Source: an uncultured virus (IMG/VR IMGVR_UViG_3300032007_000042) (Duplodnaviria > Heunggongvirae > Uroviricota > Caudoviricetes > Crassvirales). From it: a stretch of DNA of 64,000 nt. Under the pieces are notes generated by a model. The model saw only the letters and a list, made by a program, of their open reading frames with translations, was not told the origin of the DNA and searched no databases. Positions within the stretch are counted from its first letter, which is position 1; the number at the start of each line of letters is the position of its first letter. This document shows, piece by piece, positions 9,212 through 19,519 of the stretch. The position numbers were made by a program, and so were the translations under genes. The DNA lies in the IMG/VR virus record IMGVR_UViG_3300032007_000042. One strand, given 5' to 3'.

Positions 9212-9265
9212 TTTAGTTTTACTTATCTCTTTCTTTAAGGGCTTCCTTATCTCTTTAAGGATCAG

Positions 9266-9273
9266 TACTTTTG
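9266..9273 (+). promoter_or_regulatory. Bacteroidetes sigma -7 box TACTTTTG(C) upstream of terL
   Basis: TAnnTTTG 20 nt before ATG 9293. Confidence 0.65.
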
Positions 9274-9292
9274 CTTGAATAAAGTAGAAGTT

Positions 9293-12200
9293 ATGGAGAA
9301 TGTAGTATTTAATAAATGTCAGACACCACTTGAAGATTTACATTTAGACCAATATCCGAATGAAGTAGTTGAGCAATTTTGGGATTATCTTAATAATGTG
9401 CCATTTATAAAGTGGATGGTATCACCTGACAGACCTTATGTACATGAACTGCCAAGGGATGAGTATGGAAGAGCTATTATAGATGTAACTCATCCACCTA
9501 TTCTTGAGCATACAGACTACTTTAGACAGACAGCAAAGGTATGGGAAGATACTGGCAGCTATACCAAGCTAAGACCTAATAGAAACCCTAACAGTGATTT
9601 TGGTAAATGGCTTATAGAAGAAAGAAGGAGAAGTTGGGATGGATTTATTGATCCTTCTACAGGTATGTGGGTAACAGGTGACTATTATTTCATGCTTAAC
9701 TATTGTCCTATGCACCAGACTGTTAAGAGAAAAGATGGCTTGGATGTACGTGTAGTAAAGCATCCTAAGTTTTGGGATGGGCAATTCTTTATGAGCCATT
9801 ACTTCTTACAAGCAAGACAGCATGGTCATCAGGCAGCAGAACTTGCATCACGTGGTAAAGGAAAAACAACTCTTGGTGCAGCCATGCTTGCCAAAAGATT
9901 TATTCTTGGTGAATCTTCAGATAACCAAAAGGAAGTACAATGTCTTGTAACAGCGGCTGATAAAACAAAGTTAGTAGGAACAAACCAAATACTTTCAGTA
10001 TTTAAGGATGACATAGACTTCTGTGCTAAAAATACTCAGTTTGCCAGTCAAAGACTTAAAAGTAGTACTGCTGAGCTTACATGGAAGATGGGCTATAAAA
10101 AGAAAGGCAGTGATGTAGAGTATGGCAGTAAAAATGAAGTATCTGGTATTATCTCAGGTGTAAACCAAGATAAACTTAATGGTTCTCGTGGTGTATTATA
10201 TCTCATAGAGGAGGCAGGTATCTTTAAGGACTTGCTTAATATGTATAACCTTATTAGACCATCAGTAGAGCAGGGTAGTTCAGTGTTTGGTGAAATACTC
10301 TCTTATGGTTGTGTATGTGCAGGTACAAAAGTATGGACAAATGATGGTAGAAATATCAATATAGAAGACTTAAGAAAAGAAGATGGTATTATTGGCTATG
10401 ATGAAAATGGCTATGTAAAGAACACAATAGGAACCCTATTAGAGCCAAGGACAAAACCTTGTATAAAGATTTCTTGGAATAAAGGTAAAAATTATCTTGA
10501 ATGTTCTACAGATCATCCTATCTTAAAGTATACATTACACTATCCGAGAATAGGTAAGAGTGATGAAAGATATAGAGTGCCAGAGATGTCTTTTGTTAGA
10601 GCTGATGAACTTAAAGTAGGAGATACTATTGTTGAGGGAAGATATATAGGTTCATTTGGTACAGATACACTTGGAGATGCAAGATTAATTGGTATGCTTA
10701 TCGGTGATGGTTCTTATGGTTTTGATAATACTCCTAAGTACTCAAGTGAAGATGCTGAACTTCTTAATTATATAAAAGAAAGATATGATTGGGGAGTTAG
10801 TGCAGAACATATAACCAAAAGAGGCAAGCACTATCAGGATATAAGGGTAAAAGGCATTTGTTCTATGTTAAGAAGAGCAGGTATTTATGGCCAAACTAAA
10901 ACAGACAAGAGACTTCCTGTTAATTACATGACCCTTACAGAAGAAGATACAAAATTACTTTTAGCAGGATTATATGATACTGATGGATGTATATCTTCAA
11001 GAGGCATTTACTCTCAAATAGAATTAACTCAAGCAAATGAGGAGATACTTAAGCAAGTAGCCATACTATTAAGAAAGTTTGGAATAACTTCATATATAGC
11101 AGAGAATAAGCCAAGTATAAAGCCAGGAAGAAAAGATAAAAATCCTTGGTATATATTATCTATTAGTGGAAGAACTAATATAGAGCTTTTTAAGCAGTAT
11201 ATTCCTATCATGCAGTATACTAAAGTAAAGAAACTTAATGATTTATGTGATTACTTTAGTACAATGCCTGTAAAGAAAAATAGATACTATGATACTAAAA
11301 AGTTTATTATTAGGAAAATATCAAGTATTGAGTCTATAGGAGAACAGACTATTTATAATCTTTCAGCAGAACAAAGTCATACATACCTTGCTAATAATAT
11401 TATTACACATAATACAGCTGGTGATGACCAGAGTGACTTTACAGCCTTTGCAGAGATGATTTATTCTCCAGAAGGCTATAATATGGAACCTCTTGACAAT
11501 GTCTTTGATAAAGAAGGTCAAGGTAGAAAGAAGATAACAGAGTTTTATCCTGCTTATTTAAATTATGATAATACCTGTATTGATGAGGATGGTAACAGTG
11601 ATGTTACTAAAGCATTGCTTATGCTTCTAATGGATAGATATAAGGTAAAGTATGGAAGTACTGATGTTAATACAATTACCAAACGTATATCCCAATATCC
11701 TATTACTCCTCAAGAGGCAATCATAAGAAGTAAGAATAATATCTTTCCAGTCACAGAGCTTAATAACAGACTTAATGAACTTGACAACAATCCTTCTGCT
11801 TATGATGAGATATATGTAGGTGATCTTGTGTATAATGAAAGTACAGGTGGTGTAGACTTTGTAAACAATACAGACTTGCCAATAAGAGACTATCCTTTAA
11901 AGAAAGATACAGATCCAAGAGGAGCTTTACAAATATACTCTATGCCAAAGAAAAACAGTAATGGTGAGATACCACAAGGAAGATATATTTTAAGTCTTGA
12001 CCCTTATTATAATGATCAAGCAGACAGTGTATCATTAGGTTCTATTCATGTGCTTGATTTATGGACAGATACTTTGGCAGCATCTTATATAGGCAGACCT
12101 CCTATGTCAGATGACTTATATGAGCTACTCAGGAAGCTATGTATCTTCTATAATGGTAAATGTATGTATGAAAATAATGCCAAGGGTTGCTTTGCTTATT

Positions 12201-12658
12201 TTAGTAAATGCCATTGTCTTTATTTATTAGCAGAAACACCAGAATATCTGAGAGATAAACAACTTATTAAAGTACAGGGAATAGGCAATACAGCCTTTGG
12301 TGTAAGAGCTACAGTACCTATCATTAATTATGGCTTTGGTCTTATTAAAGACTGGCTTATGAAGACTACTACAAGAACTATCAAGAATGAAGATGGTGAA
12401 GAGGTAGAGATAAATCTTCCTAACCTGTATAATATTAAGGATAGAGAGTTATTAAAAGAGCTTATATTATGGAATCCTAATGGCAACTATGACTCTATTA
12501 TGTCTTTGCTTCAGTTAATGCTTTATAGAGAGGAAAAGATGATCATCTTTAATGGTGATGTTAAGAAGAGTGATACCAATGCATCAGGTCTTGAGAATGA
12601 TGATTACTTTAATAGAAACTATCCTGGAAAGAAGTCATATAGAACCTCTACTAGGTAG
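9293..12658 (+). CDS. terL: Terminase large subunit, interrupted by an intein
   Basis: Walker A ASRGKGKT, Walker B LYLIEEAG, nuclease motif ILSLDPY and NYDSIMS. It lies upstream of the MCP. ATG 9293 is preferred over TTG 9275. Confidence 0.92.
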   Translation: MENVVFNKCQTPLEDLHLDQYPNEVVEQFWDYLNNVPFIKWMVSPDRPYVHELPRDEYGRAIIDVTHPPILEHTDYFRQTAKVWEDTGSYTKLRPNRNPNSDFGKWLIEERRRSWDGFIDPSTGMWVTGDYYFMLNYCPMHQTVKRKDGLDVRVVKHPKFWDGQFFMSHYFLQARQHGHQAAELASRGKGKTTLGAAMLAKRFILGESSDNQKEVQCLVTAADKTKLVGTNQILSVFKDDIDFCAKNTQFASQRLKSSTAELTWKMGYKKKGSDVEYGSKNEVSGIISGVNQDKLNGSRGVLYLIEEAGIFKDLLNMYNLIRPSVEQGSSVFGEILSYGCVCAGTKVWTNDGRNINIEDLRKEDGIIGYDENGYVKNTIGTLLEPRTKPCIKISWNKGKNYLECSTDHPILKYTLHYPRIGKSDERYRVPEMSFVRADELKVGDTIVEGRYIGSFGTDTLGDARLIGMLIGDGSYGFDNTPKYSSEDAELLNYIKERYDWGVSAEHITKRGKHYQDIRVKGICSMLRRAGIYGQTKTDKRLPVNYMTLTEEDTKLLLAGLYDTDGCISSRGIYSQIELTQANEEILKQVAILLRKFGITSYIAENKPSIKPGRKDKNPWYILSISGRTNIELFKQYIPIMQYTKVKKLNDLCDYFSTMPVKKNRYYDTKKFIIRKISSIESIGEQTIYNLSAEQSHTYLANNIITHNTAGDDQSDFTAFAEMIYSPEGYNMEPLDNVFDKEGQGRKKITEFYPAYLNYDNTCIDEDGNSDVTKALLMLLMDRYKVKYGSTDVNTITKRISQYPITPQEAIIRSKNNIFPVTELNNRLNELDNNPSAYDEIYVGDLVYNESTGGVDFVNNTDLPIRDYPLKKDTDPRGALQIYSMPKKNSNGEIPQGRYILSLDPYYNDQADSVSLGSIHVLDLWTDTLAASYIGRPPMSDDLYELLRKLCIFYNGKCMYENNAKGCFAYFSKCHCLYLLAETPEYLRDKQLIKVQGIGNTAFGVRATVPIINYGFGLIKDWLMKTTTRTIKNEDGEEVEINLPNLYNIKDRELLKELILWNPNGNYDSIMSLLQLMLYREEKMIIFNGDVKKSDTNASGLENDDYFNRNYPGKKSYRTSTR
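10310..11413 (+). mobile_element. Intein (368 aa) with LAGLIDADG homing endonuclease
   Basis: N-junction YG|CVCAGTKV, block B STDHPI, endonuclease motifs LIGMLIGDGS and LLAGLYDTDG, C-junction YLANNIITHN|T. Confidence 0.95.
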
Positions 12659-12761
12659 TAAATAGTCGCTTAAAGGTAGGTATAAAAGGATAAAGCTAAG
12701 AAAGACCTTTAGGTTTGTTAAGAAGAACTGTTAGAATTATAATGAATGTAAAAGAAATAGA

Positions 12762-12769
12762 TACTTTTG
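12762..12769 (+). promoter_or_regulatory. Bacteroidetes sigma -7 box TACTTTTG(C) upstream of the capsid operon
   Basis: TAnnTTTG in the terL-capsid intergenic region. Confidence 0.6.
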
Positions 12770-12865
12770 CATAAGGAAAATAGAAGTTAGCTGTTTTCAT
12801 TAAAACAGCTATAAGCTTTTGAAATAAAGCTACTAACGGAGATAATCAATTTAAGAGAAATAAAT

Positions 12866-14095
12866 ATGGAAGAAGTAAAGAAGAATTATTGTTTTTTGGG
12901 ATTTGACAATATCCTTGGAGAGCAGGAAATAGAGAACCTGTTTACTACTCCTGAAGATAATGATCCTGGACTATCTGAGCCTAATGAGGATAAAGATGAT
13001 AAGGATAAAGTTGATGATAAACCCCAAGATAATAAAGAGGAAACAAAGGAAAAAGATAACACTGCTGAGGCTATTGACCCTGAAGATCTTTTTGATGATC
13101 CTAAGGATGATAAGCCAGAGGTCGTAGGTAGTGAGAAGAAAGATGTTAAGGAAAAGGAAGATACCACCACTGATGAAGACAGTGGTACTTCTCCAAATAA
13201 CTTCTACTCTTCCATTGCCAGTGCCTTGGCAGTGGATGGTATCTTCCCTAACCTTACAGATGATGTCATCAAGAAGGCAAATGATGCAGAGAGTTTTGCA
13301 AGCCTTATTGAAGATGAGGTAAATGCCAGACTTGATGAAAAACAACAGAGGATTAGTAAGGCATTGGACAGTGGTGTAGAGCCTAATGATATTAAGATGT
13401 ATGAGAATACACTTAGCTATATCTCAGGTATTACAGATGCACAGATCAGTGAAGAAGGAGAGAAAGGAGAGCAGCTTAGAAGAAACCTTATTTATCAGGA
13501 CTTTATCAATAAAGGAGAGAAGCCTGAGAGAGCTCAGAAACTTACTGAAAGAAGTATTGATACAGGCAATGATATTGAGGATGCAAAAGATGCTCTACAG
13601 AGTAATAGAGAGTTCTTCAGCAATGCCTATAATAATCTGCTAAAAGAAGCACAGGAAAAGAGTGACCAAGAGAAAGCAGCCAGAGCAAAGGCAGCAGAAA
13701 AACTCAAGAATGACATTATGACAGACAAGCAGATCATGGGTGACATGGAGATTGGCAAGGATGTCAGAAAGAAAGCACTTGAGAATATCACAAGACCTGT
13801 GTATAAAGACCCTGATACAGGTGATTATCTTACAGCCATCCAGAGGTATGAGAGTGAGCATAGAGGAGACTTCTTGGCTAAGGTAGGTTTAATCTTCACT
13901 ATCACCAATGGCTTTAAGGATTTTGACAGCTTTGTAAAGGGTAAAGTAAAGAAAGAAGTAAGGAAAGGGCTTAGGGAGCTTGAGCATACACTTAACAATA
14001 CAAGTAGATCATCTGATGGTAGCTTAAGAATGGTTACAAATGCAAAAGATGATCCATATAGTTACATGGGTAAGGGAGTAAGACTTGACCTCTAA
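12866..14095 (+). CDS. Acidic crAss-like protein preceding the MCP (putative scaffold/head assembly protein)
   Basis: D/E/K-rich disordered N-terminus and helical C-terminus. Sits immediately before the MCP. Confidence 0.6.
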   Translation: MEEVKKNYCFLGFDNILGEQEIENLFTTPEDNDPGLSEPNEDKDDKDKVDDKPQDNKEETKEKDNTAEAIDPEDLFDDPKDDKPEVVGSEKKDVKEKEDTTTDEDSGTSPNNFYSSIASALAVDGIFPNLTDDVIKKANDAESFASLIEDEVNARLDEKQQRISKALDSGVEPNDIKMYENTLSYISGITDAQISEEGEKGEQLRRNLIYQDFINKGEKPERAQKLTERSIDTGNDIEDAKDALQSNREFFSNAYNNLLKEAQEKSDQEKAARAKAAEKLKNDIMTDKQIMGDMEIGKDVRKKALENITRPVYKDPDTGDYLTAIQRYESEHRGDFLAKVGLIFTITNGFKDFDSFVKGKVKKEVRKGLRELEHTLNNTSRSSDGSLRMVTNAKDDPYSYMGKGVRLDL

Positions 14096-14136
14096 GCATA
14101 AGAAGATATTTTGATTAATGCTTAAATTTAAGAAAA

Positions 14137-15651
14137 ATGGCTGGTAAATTAAACAGATTTCAGATGCAGACTTTCAACCATTGGAAGGGTCTGACCAAAA
14201 CTAATCACTTGGGAAGTATCTTTCAGATGCAGCCTCAGAAGGCTACCAATCTGATGGTTCAGTTGCTTGCATATTATAGAGGTAAAACACTTGACACATT
14301 CCTTTCTCAGTTCCCCACTAAGGAGTTTGAGAGTGATGATGAGTATACATGGGATGTAGTAGGTAGTACCTCAAGAAATATTCCTTTGGTAGAGGCAAGG
14401 GATGCAGATAATGTTATTGTAGATTCAGAGTATGGTAATGTAGGTTGCAATGGTGAGCCATTCTATGTAGTCTTTAATGAGGACTGGTTTGGTGATGGTG
14501 AGGTTATTGTAGGTGAGCTTAATGAGGTTTATCCATTGAGGATTCTTGGTGAGGGTAGAAATGAGGGAACCAATACTGTCTATAAGGTAGAGCTTATGGG
14601 TGGCATTACTACTGGTATGCCAGCAGAGCAGCTTCAGGCAGGTAAGAGATTCTCTGTAGAGTATGCTCCTGTTGAGAGGGATCTCTCTAGAAAAGTAGGT
14701 GCTGTAAGATACTCAAGTCCTATCTCCATGAGGAATGAGTTCACCTCTATCAGACTTTATGACAAGGTGCCTGGCAATATGCTTAATAAGAAAGTTGCCT
14801 TTGGTATTCCTATCATCAAGGAAGTCAATGGCAGGCTTACCCATGACACCACTAATATGTGGATGCACTATGAGCAGTGGCAGTTTGAGCAGCAGTGGGC
14901 AGACTATAAGAACAATGTCATTGCCTATGGTAGGAGTAACAGAAACCTTAATGGCGAGTATCTCAACTATGGCAAGAGTGGTGAGGTTATCAAGATGGGT
15001 GCAGGTCTCTTTGAGCAGATGGAGGTCAGCAATACCATTCCTTATAATACCTTCAGCTTGAAACTTATTGAGGATGCTCTCTATCAGCTTTCAGCAGCTA
15101 AGTTGCCATTTGGTGAGAGAACCTTTATCATCAAGACAGGTGAGAGAGGTGCTATTCAGTTTCATAAGGCAGTGCTTGATACTGTCAGTGGTTGGAGTGC
15201 TTTCCAGATTAATGGTGACAACATTGGCGTTGTACAGAGAACTAATAGTCAGCTTCATCAGAATGCTCTTGCAGCAGGCTTCCAATTTGTTGAGTTCAGA
15301 GCACCTAATGGTGTTACTGTAAAGGTTGATGTTGATCCTATGTATGATGATCCTGTGAGAAACAAGATTCAGCATCCACTTGGTGGCCCTGCTTATTCTT
15401 ACAGATATGACATCTTTGATATTGGTACTATGGATCAGCCCAATATCTTCAAGGTAGGTGTCAAGGGTCAGGTAGGTGATATGACCTCTTATGCTTGGGG
15501 TCTTAGAAATCCTTTCACTGGTCAGATGGGCAATCCTAATATGAGCTTTGATGAGGACAGTGCAGAGATTCACAAGATGACTACTACTGGTGTCTGTGTG
15601 CTTGATCCTACAAGAACAATGAGTTTGATTCCTGCTGTATTGGTAGGCTAA
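14137..15651 (+). CDS. Major capsid protein (crAss-like, 504 aa)
   Basis: MAGKLNRFQM...HWKGLTKTNHLGSIF start, size, synteny and a strong terminator directly after. Confidence 0.9.
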   Translation: MAGKLNRFQMQTFNHWKGLTKTNHLGSIFQMQPQKATNLMVQLLAYYRGKTLDTFLSQFPTKEFESDDEYTWDVVGSTSRNIPLVEARDADNVIVDSEYGNVGCNGEPFYVVFNEDWFGDGEVIVGELNEVYPLRILGEGRNEGTNTVYKVELMGGITTGMPAEQLQAGKRFSVEYAPVERDLSRKVGAVRYSSPISMRNEFTSIRLYDKVPGNMLNKKVAFGIPIIKEVNGRLTHDTTNMWMHYEQWQFEQQWADYKNNVIAYGRSNRNLNGEYLNYGKSGEVIKMGAGLFEQMEVSNTIPYNTFSLKLIEDALYQLSAAKLPFGERTFIIKTGERGAIQFHKAVLDTVSGWSAFQINGDNIGVVQRTNSQLHQNALAAGFQFVEFRAPNGVTVKVDVDPMYDDPVRNKIQHPLGGPAYSYRYDIFDIGTMDQPNIFKVGVKGQVGDMTSYAWGLRNPFTGQMGNPNMSFDEDSAEIHKMTTTGVCVLDPTRTMSLIPAVLVG

Positions 15652-15656
15652 CATAG

Positions 15657-15690
15657 TAGGGAGAGAGTAATCTCTCTCCCTATTTTTATT
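15657..15690 (+). terminator. Intrinsic terminator after the MCP
   Basis: TAGGGAGAGAG-TAAT-CTCTCTCCCTA-TTTTT. Confidence 0.9.
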
Positions 15691-15724
15691 TTTTAATTAA
15701 ACAAGTAAAAAGGAGAAGATAATT

Positions 15725-16750
15725 ATGGCTAAAGAAAGAGTAGAAGAGAAGCCTTTGAATGGTATGGTAATTGACACAGAAGTACATGATGTAAAGAAAG
15801 AGATTCCCAAGAGAGTTAAGCAGGAAAAACCAGAAGAGCATCCTATAAGCAGAAGCTCTTCATTTGACAGTTCAGAGCCTGTAAATTGCCTCAAGAATGA
15901 AAAGGTAATAGTAAGATTTATTCCACGTCCTTCTATGATGGTTCAAAATCCAAAGCATGTACTTTATGGAGGTATGGCAGAGAATGCAATCAGAGCCTTT
16001 GTAGTACCAAGATACAGCAGTACAGGTAGCTTTGTTAATGTACTTACCAACAATGAGAAAGCCTTTCTTGAGAAGGCAATGGGCTTAGAGTACAATGCTC
16101 TTAGTGTTTACAGAAAGAAAGACAACTTCTGGGATGACAGTAATCCTATGGGTATAGGTAGAGTTATTCTTCATAAGCAGGATAATTATTTGGATCTTAG
16201 TATTCCAGAGGACTATATTAAATATAAGATTCTTCTTGCCAATAAGGACTATATAGCAAGTTCTCTTCAAGAGCTTGAGGACAGACCAAAAGCTACTTAT
16301 CAGTTTGTCATTATCAATGAAAATGCAGAAGCTCATCAGAATCTTAACAGGATGGATACTATCAAGAGATGCTATATGGAGTATGGTAAGATTGAGAATG
16401 ACTTTGAAACACTGAGAGTTGTAGTAGAACTTATTAGTGGTAGACCTATCTCTTCAAAGGTTAAGCTTGACTATCTGCAAGGTAAGGTTAATGAGTATAT
16501 TCAGAGTGATCCTCGTAGGTTCCTTGCAACAGTAAAGGATGAACTTCTTCCTGCAAAGGTACTTATCAAGAAGTGTGTAGAAGCAGGTCTTATAGGTATG
16601 AAGAATGATGCTTACTATCTGAGGGAAGACAATAGTCCTCTTTGTGAGATTAATGAGAACAGTACACTTAACAATGCAGCCAAGTATATCAGTTCAGTCA
16701 AGAGACAGGAACTTAAATATAGCCTTGAGGCAAAGCTTAAGAATGACTAA
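15725..16750 (+). CDS. Conserved crAss-like protein following the MCP
   Basis: Synteny and the LDLSIPEDYIKYKILLAN motif. Confidence 0.7.
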   Translation: MAKERVEEKPLNGMVIDTEVHDVKKEIPKRVKQEKPEEHPISRSSSFDSSEPVNCLKNEKVIVRFIPRPSMMVQNPKHVLYGGMAENAIRAFVVPRYSSTGSFVNVLTNNEKAFLEKAMGLEYNALSVYRKKDNFWDDSNPMGIGRVILHKQDNYLDLSIPEDYIKYKILLANKDYIASSLQELEDRPKATYQFVIINENAEAHQNLNRMDTIKRCYMEYGKIENDFETLRVVVELISGRPISSKVKLDYLQGKVNEYIQSDPRRFLATVKDELLPAKVLIKKCVEAGLIGMKNDAYYLREDNSPLCEINENSTLNNAAKYISSVKRQELKYSLEAKLKND

Positions 16751-16808
16751 ATATATGCAGTTAGCTCTATGCTAACTGCTAATAAAGAGACAATAAATAG
16801 TAATAGAT

Positions 16809-17654
16809 ATGACAACAACAGAATTTTCAAATCAGTTTGATTTGCTATTCAATAATATATCATCCAATCAAGCCCCAGGCTTGAATGAATATGAGAAGAG
16901 TGTCTTTTTAACAAAGGCACAGGATGAGATAGTGAAGAACTACTTTCAGCCAGAGTCCAATGGTAATACTGTTAAGAAAGGCTTTGATGACACAGCTATC
17001 AGACAGATGGATTTTTCTGATCTCATTATGAGCAAAACACTTGAAGAGGAGAATGAAGAACCTGATGTAGATCCAAGGGCACTTGTTTATAAAATCTCAA
17101 AAGATGATAGAGTTTATATTATTATTAATGAGTCTCTTTATCTTATGGCTAACAACAAAGATGGAAAACTAGAAGTTAAAGGTATCAGGCAGGTTGTACC
17201 TATCAAGTATACAGAGTATATGAGACTGATGTCTAAGCCTTTTAAAGAGCCTTTGAAGAATATGGCATGGAGGATTATTACTAAAGGTAGAGAAGGAGAT
17301 GCTGATGTAGATAAATCTACAGGTGATCCTACTACTGTTAATAGTACTGTATCTTCAAAAGTAGAGATAGTTGTCACCACTGCTGACAAGAAAAAATATA
17401 AAAGTGATGGCAGCTTCATTAAATATAATATTAGATATGTCAGGAGACCAAGACCTATTATTCTTACAGACCTGTCAGATACTTTTGGTGAGGATTTGAC
17501 TATCAATGGCTATAACAAGGCTATGACTTGTGAGCTTAATGAGAGTACTCATGAAGCTATTCTTCAAAGAGCAGTAGAACTTGCAAAAATAGCATGGGCA
17601 GGCAATGCCAATGAAACACAGCTTGAGGTAGAGGCAGGTAAGAGAAGTGAGTAA
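16809..17654 (+). CDS. Tail ring protein (crAss001 gp34-like)
   Basis: MTTTEFSNQFDLL...EYEKSVFLTKAQ and CELNESTHEAILQRAVELA. Paralogous to the next gene. Confidence 0.75.
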   Translation: MTTTEFSNQFDLLFNNISSNQAPGLNEYEKSVFLTKAQDEIVKNYFQPESNGNTVKKGFDDTAIRQMDFSDLIMSKTLEEENEEPDVDPRALVYKISKDDRVYIIINESLYLMANNKDGKLEVKGIRQVVPIKYTEYMRLMSKPFKEPLKNMAWRIITKGREGDADVDKSTGDPTTVNSTVSSKVEIVVTTADKKKYKSDGSFIKYNIRYVRRPRPIILTDLSDTFGEDLTINGYNKAMTCELNESTHEAILQRAVELAKIAWAGNANETQLEVEAGKRSE

Positions 17655-17671
17655 TATTAAATATAAAGACT

Positions 17672-18373
17672 ATGACATGTGAGGAATTTTCCAATACTTT
17701 TGATACACTATTAAATAGCTATAGTATTCAGGCTGGCTTTAGCAAAGAAAATAATAACCAAGCATCAATAGCTCTTGATGAGTATGAAAAGAGCGTATTT
17801 CTTACTAAGGCTCAAAAGGAGCTTATCTTAGCACTGTACAATGGTAATAATGGTAGTGGAAATAGCTTTGAGAGTACAGAGGAAAATAGAAGATATTTAG
17901 CTCCTTTAGTAAGAGAGATTACTCTTAAGCCTATGGATATTAAGAAGAGTTTCTCAGATGGCAGCCATGATTATTTTACTCTTCCAGAGGACTTATGGTT
18001 TATTACCTATGAGGCTGTAGATACAGATTCTTCTTGTGATTCCTTCAAGAGAATAGATGTTTATCCTGTCACACAGGATGATTATAACAGAACTAAGAGA
18101 AATCCTTTCAGAGGAGCTAATATGAGAAGAGCCTTAAGATTGGATTTATCAGATGGGGTAATAGAGATAGTAAGCAAGTATAATATTGACGACTACTATA
18201 TCAGATATTTAAAGAAACCCAATCCTATTATTTTAGCTCCTCTTCCTGATGATGTCAGTATTGATGGTAAGAAAGATATAAATGAATGTGAGCTCCATGA
18301 AGCTCTACATGAAAGAATACTTGACTTAGCAGTCAGGGAAGCTATACAAAGCAAAATAACTAATAATAAATAA
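17672..18373 (+). CDS. Tail ring protein (crAss001 gp35-like)
   Basis: MTCEEFSNTFDTLL...EYEKSVFLTKAQ and CELHEALHERILDLAV. Confidence 0.75.
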   Translation: MTCEEFSNTFDTLLNSYSIQAGFSKENNNQASIALDEYEKSVFLTKAQKELILALYNGNNGSGNSFESTEENRRYLAPLVREITLKPMDIKKSFSDGSHDYFTLPEDLWFITYEAVDTDSSCDSFKRIDVYPVTQDDYNRTKRNPFRGANMRRALRLDLSDGVIEIVSKYNIDDYYIRYLKKPNPIILAPLPDDVSIDGKKDINECELHEALHERILDLAVREAIQSKITNNK

Positions 18374-18427
18374 CGCTGATTGCTTGCCATAGTAATCAGT
18401 AATGTTGAACTTAAATTATATATAATT

Positions 18428-19435
18428 ATGGCAGTATTTTCAACAAATCAGGTACATCAATTGTATGTAGCCAACCAGGTTAAAACAGTGGCAGATGCTA
18501 AGGCAGCCAAGACATTTGGTGATGATGCAAAGGCAGGTGATATTGCCTTCAGAACTGTTGGCAAAGGTAAGGATAAAGAGATTTACTTCCTTTATAAGGG
18601 AGCAGACACTACTATGAAGACAGACAGAATCCCTGTATGTAATCTTAGTTATGTAAAGGCAGTTGCAGCTAAGGATCTCAGAGTTCCTTTCAAGAGTCAG
18701 AAGGTAAGTCTTAATGGTGATCTTATTGCAGGTCAGGACTATATTCTTAGAATAGAGCTTACCCATTGGGTAGGTATGAGTGAGAATGATCAGTACTTTA
18801 AGGAAGCAGCTGTTCATGCAACTTCTAAGATGAATGCAGCAGCTTTCTATAAGGCAATGGTTAGCAGTCTTAATCTTAGCTTCTCCAGAGAGATTGGAGC
18901 TACCAAGGATTGCAACCCATATCTTGACTTTAAGGCAGAGGCAGATGGTATTACCATTACAGAGAAAGCACAGCCTTGGGCACTTGGCATTGAGGCACAG
19001 GAGCCTGTAATGTTTAATGCAGTATCTACTACTGTTTATGATGGTACAGATGATGTTCAGTGGGGTACTACTGTTACTACTACACCTAAGGTAGCAGATG
19101 TTGTTCCTGGAACTAATGGCCTTGGCAATGGCCATCAGATTGCAGATCTTGAGTGGTTTACCATGGGTGAGAGAGGAGACCAGTATAGAATGATGGGTTA
19201 TCCTAACTATATTCCTACCAAGTATCTTGTAGATCCTTCCAAGGAGTATAATGTTCTTGAGCTTCACTATGCCTATACTGATGAGGGCACTCATAGCTAC
19301 AGAAGTGAGAAAGATATGACTATTGTATCAGCGGATGTTGCAGTTATCAATGCACTTGCTCAAGCTGTTGGTGATGCAGCTGGCATTACTATTGATGCTC
19401 TTCCTGCTACTACTGTTACTGGTGATTCTCACTAA
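18428..19435 (+). CDS. Auxiliary capsid protein (crAss001 gp36-like)
   Basis: MAVFSTNQVHQLYVA start, IADLEWFTMGERGDQYR motif, synteny, own terminator. Confidence 0.75.
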   Translation: MAVFSTNQVHQLYVANQVKTVADAKAAKTFGDDAKAGDIAFRTVGKGKDKEIYFLYKGADTTMKTDRIPVCNLSYVKAVAAKDLRVPFKSQKVSLNGDLIAGQDYILRIELTHWVGMSENDQYFKEAAVHATSKMNAAAFYKAMVSSLNLSFSREIGATKDCNPYLDFKAEADGITITEKAQPWALGIEAQEPVMFNAVSTTVYDGTDDVQWGTTVTTTPKVADVVPGTNGLGNGHQIADLEWFTMGERGDQYRMMGYPNYIPTKYLVDPSKEYNVLELHYAYTDEGTHSYRSEKDMTIVSADVAVINALAQAVGDAAGITIDALPATTVTGDSH

Positions 19436-19458
19436 TAGTAGTTACTTTATTTCAACTC

Positions 19459-19500
19459 ATAAGGGAGAGGGGGAATACTCCCTTTCCCTTATTTTTATTT
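19459..19500 (+). terminator. Intrinsic terminator
   Basis: ATAAGGGAGAGGGGG-AATA-CTCCCTTTCCCTTAT-TTTT. Confidence 0.85.
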
Positions 19501-19519
19501 AACTTAAAGGAGATAAAAT

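Noticed and set aside
12659..12865. No portal gene between terL and the capsid genes
   Set aside because: In the crAss001-type layout, as I recall it, the portal gene lies upstream of the fibre genes, so it is probably outside the 5' edge of this window.
16809..18373. Tandem paralogous genes with near-identical N-terminal motifs
   Set aside because: Ring-protein paralogy is a known feature of crAss tails.
18440..19294. 284-aa antisense ORF and the many other short opposite-strand or alternate-frame ORFs in the track
   Set aside because: They lie entirely within well-supported genes, have atypical composition and are expected shadows of biased codon usage.
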